Shown one piece after another: positions 19,062-28,319 of a stretch of DNA of 64,000 nucleotides. The notes below the pieces were generated by a model. That model searched no databases, was not told the origin of the DNA, and was given only the letters and a program-made list of their open reading frames with translations. The translations under genes were made by a program, and so were the position numbers. Source of the stretch: an uncultured Clostridia bacterium (lineage in GTDB: Bacteria > Bacillota > Clostridia > TANB77 > CAG-508); assembly GCA_944390365.1 (NCBI GenBank), contig CALXPW010000005.1:928-64927 (forward strand). The letters are read 5' to 3'. The number at the start of each line of letters is the position of its first letter. The first letter of the stretch is position 1.

Positions 19062-19077
19062 AAATAAGGAGGTTAGT

Positions 19078-19773
19078 ATGAATTTTTTTAAGAAAAATCA
19101 AATTGTTGTGTTTACAATAGGCTTAATGCTAATTACAGCAGGATACTTAAGTTATATGAATAACAATAAAGAGAATACAAAAACATCTATTGATGCAAGC
19201 AGTATAGCAGATTCGGAGGAAATGGCAAGTATAGGCGATGCTAAACTTGTTAGTGCTAATGTAGCTCAAAATCTAAATGAAATTGATAGTAATTCTGAGT
19301 TGGTAGAAGGTACAGATAATAGTAATTTAATTGAAAATAGCGAAAGGACAGATAATAGCACAGTAAATAGTTCTAATGTAGTAACAAATACAATAGAAAC
19401 AAGTTCGGATAGTATAGAGACTATAGATGAGTATTTTACAAGTTCAAGGCTTGAACGAGAAAATATGTATTCTAAACGCATAGAAAATTATCAAGATATA
19501 CTAAATAATTCTAATGTGAGCGAAGCACAAAAGAAAACAGCTCAAGAGGAGATAAGCAAATTGAATAATGAACAAAATGCTTTAATGATAACAGAAAATT
19601 TATTAAAAACAAAAGGTATTGAAGATTTAATAATTTTTGTAAATGGAGATAGCATAAATGTTATAGTTAAAGGAGATGAAATAGAAAAAGAAGAGATTGC
19701 GCAAATTCAAAATGTTATTACAAGGGAATTAGATGCTGACATTGGAAATATACATATAACTACTAAAAATTAA
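19078..19773 (+). CDS. spoIIIAH: Stage III sporulation protein AH
   Basis: Start moved to the ATG at 19078, behind AAGGAGG. N-terminal TM. 'YFTSSRLERE', 'LLKTKGIEDLIIFVNGDSINVIV' typical of SpoIIIAH. Confidence 0.75.
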   Translation: MNFFKKNQIVVFTIGLMLITAGYLSYMNNNKENTKTSIDASSIADSEEMASIGDAKLVSANVAQNLNEIDSNSELVEGTDNSNLIENSERTDNSTVNSSNVVTNTIETSSDSIETIDEYFTSSRLERENMYSKRIENYQDILNNSNVSEAQKKTAQEEISKLNNEQNALMITENLLKTKGIEDLIIFVNGDSINVIVKGDEIEKEEIAQIQNVITRELDADIGNIHITTKN

Positions 19774-19892
19774 CATAAAAATTTGAATTATACCAGTAAT
19801 GTAGAAAAAATAATAAAAAAAAGTTGTATTTTTTCTATTTACTGGTATAATATTATTGTGAAAAAATATAACTTACAAAGGAGAGAAAATTT

Positions 19893-21035
19893 ATGTTAAA
19901 AAAAGTAGCTATACTTGCTAACGGTGGAGATGTTTCAGGATTTAATGCCGTTATAAGAGCAATTATAAAAACAGCAGAAAATAAAGATGTAGAATGTTAT
20001 GGTTTTATAGATGGATTTAGAGGATTACTTAAAAATGATATTGTAAGATTGGGTACAAGTTCAACTGGAAATGCAGTAGGAATATTACCAAAAGGTGGTT
20101 CTATTATAGGGTCATCAACTAATGCAAATGTATTTAATTATCCTGTAGAAGAAAATGGACAAACTGTATATAAAGATTTATCAGATATATGTGTGGAGAA
20201 TATTAAAAAGGATGAAATTGATTGTTTATTTACACTTGGTGGTGATGGTACACAAAAATCAGCTAGAGATTTGTCTTTAAAAGGAATTAACGTTATTGGT
20301 GTTCCAAAAACAATAGACAATGATGTGGCATGTACAGAAATTACATTTGGATATAATACGGCTGTGTCTGTTGCTGCTGAAGCAATAGATAGATTGCATA
20401 CTACAGGAGAAACACATCACAGAATAATGGTATTAGAGGTAATGGGAAGATATGCAGGTTGGATAGCTTTAGAATCTGCAATAGCTGGTGGAGCTGATGT
20501 AGCTTTAATACCAGAAATACCTTTTGATATAAATAGTGCTGCAAGAAAAATTATAAATAGAAAAAATAGAGGAAAATCTTTTAGCATAGTGGTTGTCGCA
20601 GAAGGTGCAAAACCAAAAGGTGGAGATATACATGTTAAAAATATGAGGAATAATGGTGCAGGTGTGGACAACACAAAGCTTGGTGGAATTGGAGAAATTG
20701 TTGCAAAACAACTAGAGGAATTAACAGGTTTAGAAGCAAGATGTACTGTACTTGGATATATGCAAAGAGGTGGTTCTCCTACTGCTTTTGATAGAGTTCT
20801 ATCTACAAAATATGGTTCAAGAGCAATGGAATATGCTTTAGAAGGAAAGTTTAATATTTTAACAGTTATTAAAGACGGAAAATTAAATTGTGTTCCATTA
20901 GAAGATGTTGTAGGAAATAATAAGAAAATCGGTGCAGTATCTGGAAATACACCAGAAAGTAACTTAAGAAAAGTAACAATGGATGACGAACTAGTAAAAA
21001 CAGCTAGAGCCATTGGAATAAATTTAGGCGACTAA
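19893..21035 (+). CDS. pfkA: 6-phosphofructokinase
   Basis: 'NGGDVSGFNAVIR', 'LGGDGT', 'PKTIDND', 'MGR.AGWIAL', 'GYMQRGG'. Confidence 0.9.
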   Translation: MLKKVAILANGGDVSGFNAVIRAIIKTAENKDVECYGFIDGFRGLLKNDIVRLGTSSTGNAVGILPKGGSIIGSSTNANVFNYPVEENGQTVYKDLSDICVENIKKDEIDCLFTLGGDGTQKSARDLSLKGINVIGVPKTIDNDVACTEITFGYNTAVSVAAEAIDRLHTTGETHHRIMVLEVMGRYAGWIALESAIAGGADVALIPEIPFDINSAARKIINRKNRGKSFSIVVVAEGAKPKGGDIHVKNMRNNGAGVDNTKLGGIGEIVAKQLEELTGLEARCTVLGYMQRGGSPTAFDRVLSTKYGSRAMEYALEGKFNILTVIKDGKLNCVPLEDVVGNNKKIGAVSGNTPESNLRKVTMDDELVKTARAIGINLGD

Positions 21036-21064
21036 TTACAAATTACACATAGAAAGGTGAGAAT

Positions 21065-22769
21065 ATGTTAGACTTTAAAAATATAATAGCAGATGAAATA
21101 AAAAAAGTTACAAATATTGAAGCTATCTACGACTATATAGAAGTGCCAGCAAACAAAGAAATGGGAGATTTTTCTCTTCCTTGCTTTAAACTAGCAAAAG
21201 AGCTAAAAAAAGCTCCACAGGTAATAGCAACTGAAATAAATGACAAATTAAACATTCCAAATAATATAGTTTTAGAAACTAAAGTGGTAAATGGATATTT
21301 AAATTTTTATTTAAATCCAATGGCCATAGCTAAAACTGTACTAGAGGAATTTGATGAGAAAAAAGAAAAATACGGAAGTAGCAATATTGGAGATAAAAAG
21401 ACTGTAGTAATAGATTATTCATCTCCAAACATTGCAAAACCATTTCATATCGGTCATTTGCGTTCAACAGTTATAGGAAATGCATTGTACAACATATACA
21501 AATTCTTAGGCTATAATGTAGTTGGAATAAACCATTTGGGAGATTATGGAACACAATTTGGTAAACTTATTGAAGGGTATAAAAGATGGGGCAACGAATA
21601 TGATATTGAAAATAACCCAATAGATGAACTTACTAAAATTTATATTAGAATTAACAATTTATGCAAAGAAGACGAAAGCGTATTAGAAGAATGTAGAAAT
21701 AACTTTAAAAAACTAGAAGATGGAGACAAATATTGTACAGAACTATGGCAAAAATTTAGGAATCTTAGTTTAAAAGAATTTCAAAAAGTCTATGATTTAT
21801 TAGGTGTACATTTTGATTCATTAAATGGAGAAGCTTTTTACTCAGATAAAATGCCAGAAATAGTAGACATATTAGAAAAAAGCCGGAAAACTAGTCGAAT
21901 CAGAAGGCGCAAGAGTAATAAACTTAGATGAATATAACATGCCACCATGTATTATTGAAAAGACTAATGGCTCAACAACTTATGCAACACGTGATTTAGC
22001 AGCAATAATGTATAGAGCAAGAACATATAATTATGACAAAGCTTTATATGTTACATCTTATGAACAAATACTTCATTTTAAACAAGTATTTGAAACAGCC
22101 AAATTGTTAGGGTTAGACAAAAAATATACAGATGGTTTAGAGCATGTTCCATTTGGCATGGTACAACTAAAAACAGGTAAGATGTCTACAAGAGAGGGAA
22201 ATATTATAAAGCTAGAAGACCTTTTAAATGAAGCAATAACTAGGGTATCTAAAATTATAGAAGAAAAGAATAGTAACCTTGAAAATAAAGAAGAAGTTGC
22301 AAAAAAAGTTGGTATTGGTGCTGTAATATTTAATGACTTATACAATAGTAGAATAAAAGATGAAATTTTTGATTGGGATACAATGCTTAACTTTAATGGC
22401 GAAACAGGGCCATATTTACAATATATGTATGTACGTACTAATAGTGTGCTTGAAAAAGCAAATGAAATACCAAGTATTAAAAATATTAAAATGGAATTAC
22501 TTAATGATAATTCATCAATAAACTTAATGAAAGAAATGTATAATTTTGAAAGCATTGTAAAACAATCAGCAGAAAAGAATGAGCCATATATTATATCTAG
22601 ATATTTAATAAATATAGCACAATTATTTAGCACATTTTACAATGAAAACAAAATTATTTGTGAAGATAAAGACTTACAAAATGCTAGAGTATATTTGACA
22701 TATTGTACTAATATAATGCTAAAAGCAGGAGCTAGCTTATTAGGAATACAAATGCCAGATAAAATGTAG
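21065..22769 (+). pseudogene. argS: Arginine--tRNA ligase, interrupted by an apparent +1 frameshift at 21876..21886
   Basis: ORFs 21065..21931 ('SSPNIAKPFHIGHLRS') and 21939..22769 ('YATRDLAA') are the two halves of ArgS. The second frame is open from 21876 and reads 'GKLVESEGARVINLDEYNMPPC'. The shift lies in AAAAAAGCCGG. Confidence 0.85.
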
Positions 22770-22866
22770 TATGCAATATTAAAATACTTGCATATTGTAT
22801 AATAGAATAGTATAATAGTTTTGTAAATTAAATATATGTTTTTTACAAGACAAATGGAGGTTAAAA

Positions 22867-24231
22867 ATGAGAAAATACTTTGGAACAGACGGAATTAGAA
22901 GAATTGCTAATACTGAATTATCACCTAGTTTAGTATATAGAGTAGCAAAGGCAGGAGCCTATGTTTTGTCAAAACATTCAGACCATATGCCTACAATTTT
23001 AATAGGTAGAGATACACGTATATCAGGTACATTGATAGAAAGTGCTATGGTGGCAGGCTTTTTAAGCTATGGAGCAAATGTAAAAATATTAGGAGTACTT
23101 CCAACACCAGGAGTGGCATATTTAACAAAAAAATTGAAGGCAGATGCTAGTGTAGTTATCTCTGCATCACACAATACATACGAATTTAATGGTGTAAAAT
23201 ATTTTAGTAATAAAGGTATGAAAATCCCTGATGAATTAGAAGAAGAAATAGAAGAAGTTATGGATTCAGGAAAATTAGACGATTTCTCAGCAGTTAATGA
23301 CAAAATAGGTGTATCTGAAATAAGAACAGATTTGCTTGATGAATATGTATACTTCTTTAGAAAAAACTTTGAAGAAGATTTTGAAAACTTAGATACATCA
23401 AACTTTGTAGTAGCTATAGATACTGCAAATGGTGCAACCTCTGTAGTTGCAGAAAAAGTTTTCTCAGCTCTTGGAATAAAACATTACATTTTAAATAATA
23501 CTCCAAATGGAACAAATATAAATGAAAATTGTGGTTCTACACATTTAGATGTACTAAAAAAGTATGTTGTAGAAAACAAATGCAACCTAGGAATTGCATA
23601 TGATGGAGATGGAGATAGATGTTTAGCAGTTGATGAAAATGGAAATGAAATTGATGGAGACGTAATACTAGCTGTAATTTCTAATTATATGAAAGAAAAA
23701 GGCAAATTAAACAAAGACACTTTAGTTGCTACAGTAATGAGCAACTTAGGACTAAAAAAATACGCAAAAGCAAATAATATAAATTTTGAAGAAACTAAAG
23801 TTGGCGATAGATATGTACTTGAAAAAATGTTAAAAGAGGGGTATAATCTTGGTGGAGAGCAATCGGGCCATATAATTATGCTAGACTATAATCCAACAGG
23901 AGACGGTATTTTAACTTCTCTAATGCTAACAAAAATAATTTTGGAAAAAAATATGTCAGCTTCAAAAACTTGTGATATAATAAACATATATCCTCAAGTT
24001 TTGGTAAATGCAAAAGTAACTGGAGACAAAAAATATGACTACGACAAAGATGCGGAAATAAAAATTGCAATAGAAAACTTAGAAAAAGAATTTGCTGGAA
24101 ATGGTAGAGTTTTAATTAGACCTTCTGGAACAGAACCTTTGGTTAGGGTGATGATAGAGGGAACTGATAAAAAACATATAGAAACAAAAGCTAAAGACCT
24201 AGCAAAATTAATTGAAGAAAAATTAAAATAA
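22867..24231 (+). CDS. glmM: Phosphoglucosamine mutase
   Basis: 'YFGTDGIRR', active-site 'SASHN', 'DGDGDR', 'GEQSGH'. Confidence 0.9.
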   Translation: MRKYFGTDGIRRIANTELSPSLVYRVAKAGAYVLSKHSDHMPTILIGRDTRISGTLIESAMVAGFLSYGANVKILGVLPTPGVAYLTKKLKADASVVISASHNTYEFNGVKYFSNKGMKIPDELEEEIEEVMDSGKLDDFSAVNDKIGVSEIRTDLLDEYVYFFRKNFEEDFENLDTSNFVVAIDTANGATSVVAEKVFSALGIKHYILNNTPNGTNINENCGSTHLDVLKKYVVENKCNLGIAYDGDGDRCLAVDENGNEIDGDVILAVISNYMKEKGKLNKDTLVATVMSNLGLKKYAKANNINFEETKVGDRYVLEKMLKEGYNLGGEQSGHIIMLDYNPTGDGILTSLMLTKIILEKNMSASKTCDIINIYPQVLVNAKVTGDKKYDYDKDAEIKIAIENLEKEFAGNGRVLIRPSGTEPLVRVMIEGTDKKHIETKAKDLAKLIEEKLK

Positions 24232-24254
24232 TATATAAAGGGGAGGGGTTAAGA

Positions 24255-24593
24255 ATGCCAATGATAAATTTCACTAATCCATTAACATTATTAACAGTAA
24301 CACTAGTTTATGTACTTATACTAATACTTGCTAAAGAATTAAAAAAAAGTTTAATAGCAGCGATTATGCTTTTCACCTTTGTTGCCTTACTTGTAGTACA
24401 TACAATAATGTATATGACAGGTGAATCACTTTCACTTGATGTGCTTTCTGACATAACCTATACAATGGTATTTGATTTGATTTTTGTGTTACTTTCATTT
24501 ATATCATACTTATGGGTAGATGATATCGAAGCTAAAGTGAAAAAGAAAAAGAGTATTGACAACAGTCTAGATTGGTTTTGGAATAAAGTTTAA
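24255..24593 (+). CDS. Small polytopic membrane protein
   Basis: 112 aa, 3 hydrophobic segments, RBS GGGGAGGGG. Confidence 0.5.
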   Translation: MPMINFTNPLTLLTVTLVYVLILILAKELKKSLIAAIMLFTFVALLVVHTIMYMTGESLSLDVLSDITYTMVFDLIFVLLSFISYLWVDDIEAKVKKKKSIDNSLDWFWNKV

Positions 24594-24700
24594 TATAAAG
24601 GTTATAGCAAAGTAGATTTTACTTTGCTATAATTGATAGTATAAAAGAATTTACAAATATACAATTATATTTATGCAGATATAAATAGTAGGAGGTACTT

Positions 24701-26287
24701 ATGGAAAGAAACATTTTGATTGGAGGAGCATGGCCTTATGCAAACAGTGATTTACATTTAGGACATATAGCTGGGCTTATATCAGGAGATATTTTAGCTA
24801 GATATTTTAGATTGCAAGGATGCAATGTAATGTTTGTATCGGGAACAGATTGCCACGGTACACCAATAACAGAAAGAGCAAAAAGAGAGAAAAAATCGCC
24901 AAAAGACATAGCAACATATTATGACAAAAGAGATAGAGAAACTTTAGAAAAATTTGACTTTTCTTATGATTTATATACAAATACAGACACAGATTTTCAT
25001 AAGCAAGAAGTTATGAAGATGTTTAAAAAGATATATGACAATGGATATATATATGAAAAAATAGAGCCACAAGCATATTGTAATCATTGCCAAAAATTTT
25101 TGTCTGATAGAGAACTTGAGATTACTTGTCCAAAGTGTGGACAAACAACAAAAGCAGAGCAATGTGACAATTGCCAATATGTTCCTACTATAGAGGACTT
25201 GAAGGATGGAGTTTGCCTAGAATGCAAAGAAAAAGTAGTATTAAAAGATAATAAAAATCTGTATTTAGCACTATCTAAATTTCAAAAAGACATTGAAGAA
25301 TATGTGACCAAAAATAATACTTTATGGAGAGTTAATGCTAAAAATGAAACTAGTAAATATTTGAAACAAGGCTTAGTAGATAGAGCTGTAACAAGAGATT
25401 TAGACTGGGGCGTTGATATACCAGTAGCAGGATATGAATCTAAAAAAATGTATGTGTGGATAGAAGCAGTACTTGGATACATTACAGCAACAATGAAAAA
25501 ATGTGAAGAATTAGGAAAAAATTGGGAAGAGTTTTGGAAGGAAGAATATCATCCAACTATCTTTATGGTACATGGGAAAGACAATATAGTATTTCACAGT
25601 ATAATTTTTAACAGTTTATTATTAGCAATGAAAGAAAACTATCATCTAGTAAACACAATAGTTTCATCAGAATACTTAAATATAAACGATGAGAAAATAT
25701 CAAAAAGTAAAGGTAATGGAATTCCTGCTATAGAATTAGTAGAAAAATATGGACCAGATGCACTACGTTTTTATTTGATAAATAATGGCCCAGAGAAAAA
25801 AGATGCTAACTTTACAATAGATGTGTTAATTGCGACTAATAATGGAGAATTATTAAATAAATTTGGAAATTTAGTAAATAGAACTTTAAAATTTAAAGAA
25901 CTAGAAGAAATTCCAGAAGGAAAATTAGATGAAAATATCAAACAAAAAATAGAAGAAACATATAAATTAGTAGGAAAGAATATAGAAAATCTAGAATTCA
26001 AACAAGCTACAGATATAGCAATGGAACTAGTAGAAACTGCAAATAAATATTATGATGAACAAAAACCTTGGATACAAAAGAAAGAAAACCTTCAAGAGTT
26101 TAATAACACAATATTTACATGCTCTGTTATAATTGCAAATTTAGCAAATATATTTGAACCATTTATGCCAAGTGCATGCACAAAAATTCGTAAGTACTTA
26201 AACATACAAGAAAAAAACTGGAAGCTAATTGAACCAGCAACAGGTTTAAAACTAGAAAATATAGAACCTCTATTTACAAGAATATAA
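24701..26287 (+). CDS. metG: Methionine--tRNA ligase (short form lacking the C-terminal tRNA-binding domain)
   Basis: 'PYANSDLHLGHI' HIGH region, zinc knuckles 'CNHC..CPKC..CDNC', 'KISKSKGN' KMSKS. Confidence 0.9.
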   Translation: MERNILIGGAWPYANSDLHLGHIAGLISGDILARYFRLQGCNVMFVSGTDCHGTPITERAKREKKSPKDIATYYDKRDRETLEKFDFSYDLYTNTDTDFHKQEVMKMFKKIYDNGYIYEKIEPQAYCNHCQKFLSDRELEITCPKCGQTTKAEQCDNCQYVPTIEDLKDGVCLECKEKVVLKDNKNLYLALSKFQKDIEEYVTKNNTLWRVNAKNETSKYLKQGLVDRAVTRDLDWGVDIPVAGYESKKMYVWIEAVLGYITATMKKCEELGKNWEEFWKEEYHPTIFMVHGKDNIVFHSIIFNSLLLAMKENYHLVNTIVSSEYLNINDEKISKSKGNGIPAIELVEKYGPDALRFYLINNGPEKKDANFTIDVLIATNNGELLNKFGNLVNRTLKFKELEEIPEGKLDENIKQKIEETYKLVGKNIENLEFKQATDIAMELVETANKYYDEQKPWIQKKENLQEFNNTIFTCSVIIANLANIFEPFMPSACTKIRKYLNIQEKNWKLIEPATGLKLENIEPLFTRI

Positions 26288-26320
26288 TTTAAAATTTACA
26301 TCAAATTTGAAAGTAAAAGG

Positions 26321-26383
26321 CAAGTCACTATTTATTATATATAAAACATTTTTTTTAAGTTTTATATAAGAATTAGTGACTTG
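26321..26383. terminator. Bidirectional terminator hairpin between convergent metG and the XRE gene
   Basis: CAAGTCACTA / TAGTGACTTG outer stem enclosing an AT-rich inner stem. Confidence 0.55.
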
Positions 26384-26385
26384 TC

Positions 26386-26604
26386 TTATTCTTTATTATA
26401 TGGCTTTGTTTCATTTGTTAGTTCTAAAATGTAATCTACTGAAGTTTTATAGAACTTAGCCAATTCAATTAAAATTTTTGTAGGAACATCATTTTCACCA
26501 GTTTCATATTTTGAATATCCAGTCTGTGACATGTTCAAATATTTAGAAATTTGAGACTGAGTTAAGTCATGATCCTCCATTAATTCCTTTAGTCTTTTAT
26601 ACAT
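26386..26604 (-). CDS. XRE (Cro/C1-type) HTH transcriptional regulator
   Basis: 72 aa, 'LTQSQISKYLNMSQTGYSKYETGENDVP'. Confidence 0.85.
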   Translation of the reverse strand: MYKRLKELMEDHDLTQSQISKYLNMSQTGYSKYETGENDVPTKILIELAKFYKTSVDYILELTNETKPYNKE

Positions 26605-26659
26605 AACACAACTCCTATATCAATATTAAAATAAAATTATCTATAAATTTTAAAATAAT

Positions 26660-26723
26660 CTGTTTTAGGTTATTGACATTTAACCTGAAATAGATTAAAA
26701 TATTTCAAGATAACCTAAAACAG
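26660..26723 (+). promoter_or_regulatory. Promoter of the sortase operon flanked by and overlapping three TAACCT(A/G)AAA operator half-sites
   Basis: TTGACA (26673..26678) - 17 nt - TAAAAT (26696..26701). Perfect 14-nt inverted repeat CTGTTTTAGGTTAT (26660..26673) / ATAACCTAAAACAG (26710..26723), plus TTAACCTGAAATAG inside the spacer. Confidence 0.6.
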
Positions 26724-26754
26724 GTTAAAAAAGGAGGTGAATTCTATAAGTTAA

Positions 26755-27415
26755 GTGAAGAAGAAATACTTGCGAGGTAAACATACAAGAATAAAACAAG
26801 GAAAATTTAACAAAAAGAGAATTGCAATAGTACTTATCATTTTATTATTAGTATTTGTCTTTTTTGTAATCATTATTCAAAAAAATAATGACAATTCTAA
26901 AGAAGTAAGCACAAACATTATAAATGACATTCAAGAAAATGCTATTTCTAATGAGGTAAGCAATGAAATAGTTAATGATGTAGATTTAAAAGAAATTGTT
27001 GATATAGATATGCCAGACTACATTCAAGGCTATGGAGTTCTAGGACAAATAGTTATTGATGAAATTGATATGGAAAATTACATTTTAGATTCAACAGATG
27101 ATTACTCACTTAACCTTGCTGTTACCAAATTTTATGGACCGGATTTAAACCAAAGAGGAAACTTTGTAATCACTGGGCATAATGCTCGTGGATTGTTTAA
27201 TAATTTAAAGAAGTTGGATATAGGAGATACTTTTTACATAATTGATAAGGAAACTGGGGAAAAAGTTACTTATAGAATTAATGAAAAGGAAACAATATCT
27301 CCGACTGATCTAGATTGTTTAAATCAAGATACAAATAATAAAAGAGTGGTAACACTTATTACTTGTAATACCCGGGGGATTGACAAGACTTATGCTAAAA
27401 GCAGAAGAGGTATAG
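26755..27415 (+). pseudogene. Sortase-family transpeptidase; C-terminus displaced by an apparent +1 frameshift in CCCGGGGG (27371..27378)
   Basis: N-terminal TM, 'VITGHN' and the 'TLITC' active site. After the C3G5 run the +1 frame reads 'LTRLMLKAEEV*', supplying the conserved catalytic Arg and a typical sortase end (stop 27413..27415). The annotated frame reads an unrelated tail to 27441. Confidence 0.7.
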
Positions 27416-27480
27416 AATTTGCACCTCAAAATAAAAATTAGAACAAAAAAATTGTTCAAAAAAATAAGGGAGGATAAAAA

Positions 27481-28191
27481 ATGAAAACAAAAATTTTAGG
27501 AATCGTAACAATGGTTACAGTATTATTAATGATGTTAGTATCATCAGTAAACGCAGCTGAATTTACAGCTGACAAAACAGAAATGAAAAAAGGAGACGAA
27601 GTAACATTAACAGTTACATTAGAGGAACCAGCTCAATCTGTACAATTTGATGTAGAATTTGATGCAAGCAAATATGAATATGTTACAGACTCAGTAAAAT
27701 CAGATTTAGTATATACAGGCTCAAATTTAATAGGTGACAATGATAATGTAGTAAGAGTATCTGCATTCGCTAATGGAAATGAAACAACAACTACTATAAC
27801 ATTAACATTTAAAGCATTAGAGAATGGAGAAGAATTACCATTTACAATTAGTGGTACAGAATTTGTTGGTGTAGATGGCGTAGAAATGGAAGGAAATCTT
27901 GATAACACATCAATAACAACAACAATAGCTGATCCAGTAGATGAACCAACAGAACCAGAAGAACCAGGAGATGTTGACGAACCAACAAATCCAGAAAAAC
28001 CAGGAGATGTAGATGAACCAACAAATCCAGAAAAACCTTCTGATGATAACAATGACAGTGATTATGTTGATGAAGATGGTAACCCAATTACAAAATTACC
28101 TCAAACAGGTAGTGTTGTACCAGCAATAATTGCAGGAGTTGCAATACTTGTAGTAGCAAGCTTAGTTGTTTTCAAAGCAACAAGAAAATAA
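27481..28191 (+). CDS. LPXTG cell-wall-anchored cohesin-domain protein (ScaE-like anchoring scaffold)
   Basis: Signal peptide. ~125-aa cohesin-like module ('KKGDEVTLTVTLEEPAQSVQFDVEFDASKYEYV'). P/E/D linker. 'LPQTGS' plus hydrophobic segment plus 'KATRK'. Confidence 0.75.
   Translation: MKTKILGIVTMVTVLLMMLVSSVNAAEFTADKTEMKKGDEVTLTVTLEEPAQSVQFDVEFDASKYEYVTDSVKSDLVYTGSNLIGDNDNVVRVSAFANGNETTTTITLTFKALENGEELPFTISGTEFVGVDGVEMEGNLDNTSITTTIADPVDEPTEPEEPGDVDEPTNPEKPGDVDEPTNPEKPSDDNNDSDYVDEDGNPITKLPQTGSVVPAIIAGVAILVVASLVVFKATRK
27964..28035 (+). repeat. 2 x 36-nt in-frame tandem repeat (PGDVDEPTNPEK) in the cohesin-protein linker
   Basis: 27964..27999 and 28000..28035 differ at 3 synonymous or near-synonymous positions. 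Confidence 0.85.
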
Positions 28192-28319
28192 AATTATAAG
28201 AGATTGATATAAAATATTGTAAAATATAAAATTGTATAAAATTTATACACAAATAGTATGTATAGGAAGATTTAAAATTTTCCTATACATAAATATGAAA
28301 TAATAGGAGGACGATTATT

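Noticed and set aside
19024-19077. Upstream start (19024) for spoIIIAH.
   Set aside because: The extension 'MPNGTLVTGTKVPNKEVS' is read through three GC-rich hairpins. The ATG at 19078 has an AAGGAGG RBS and begins the expected N-terminal TM.
24594-24700. T-box leaders upstream of metG (and of argS at 21036..21064).
   Set aside because: No GGTGGTAC-type T-box sequence or specifier architecture is present. The spacers are short and contain only a hairpin and a promoter.
27964-28035. Possible CRISPR-like or non-coding tandem repeat.
   Set aside because: Only two units are present, in frame inside a Pro/Glu-rich linker of the cohesin protein, with no spacers. No CRISPR array was seen anywhere in the window.
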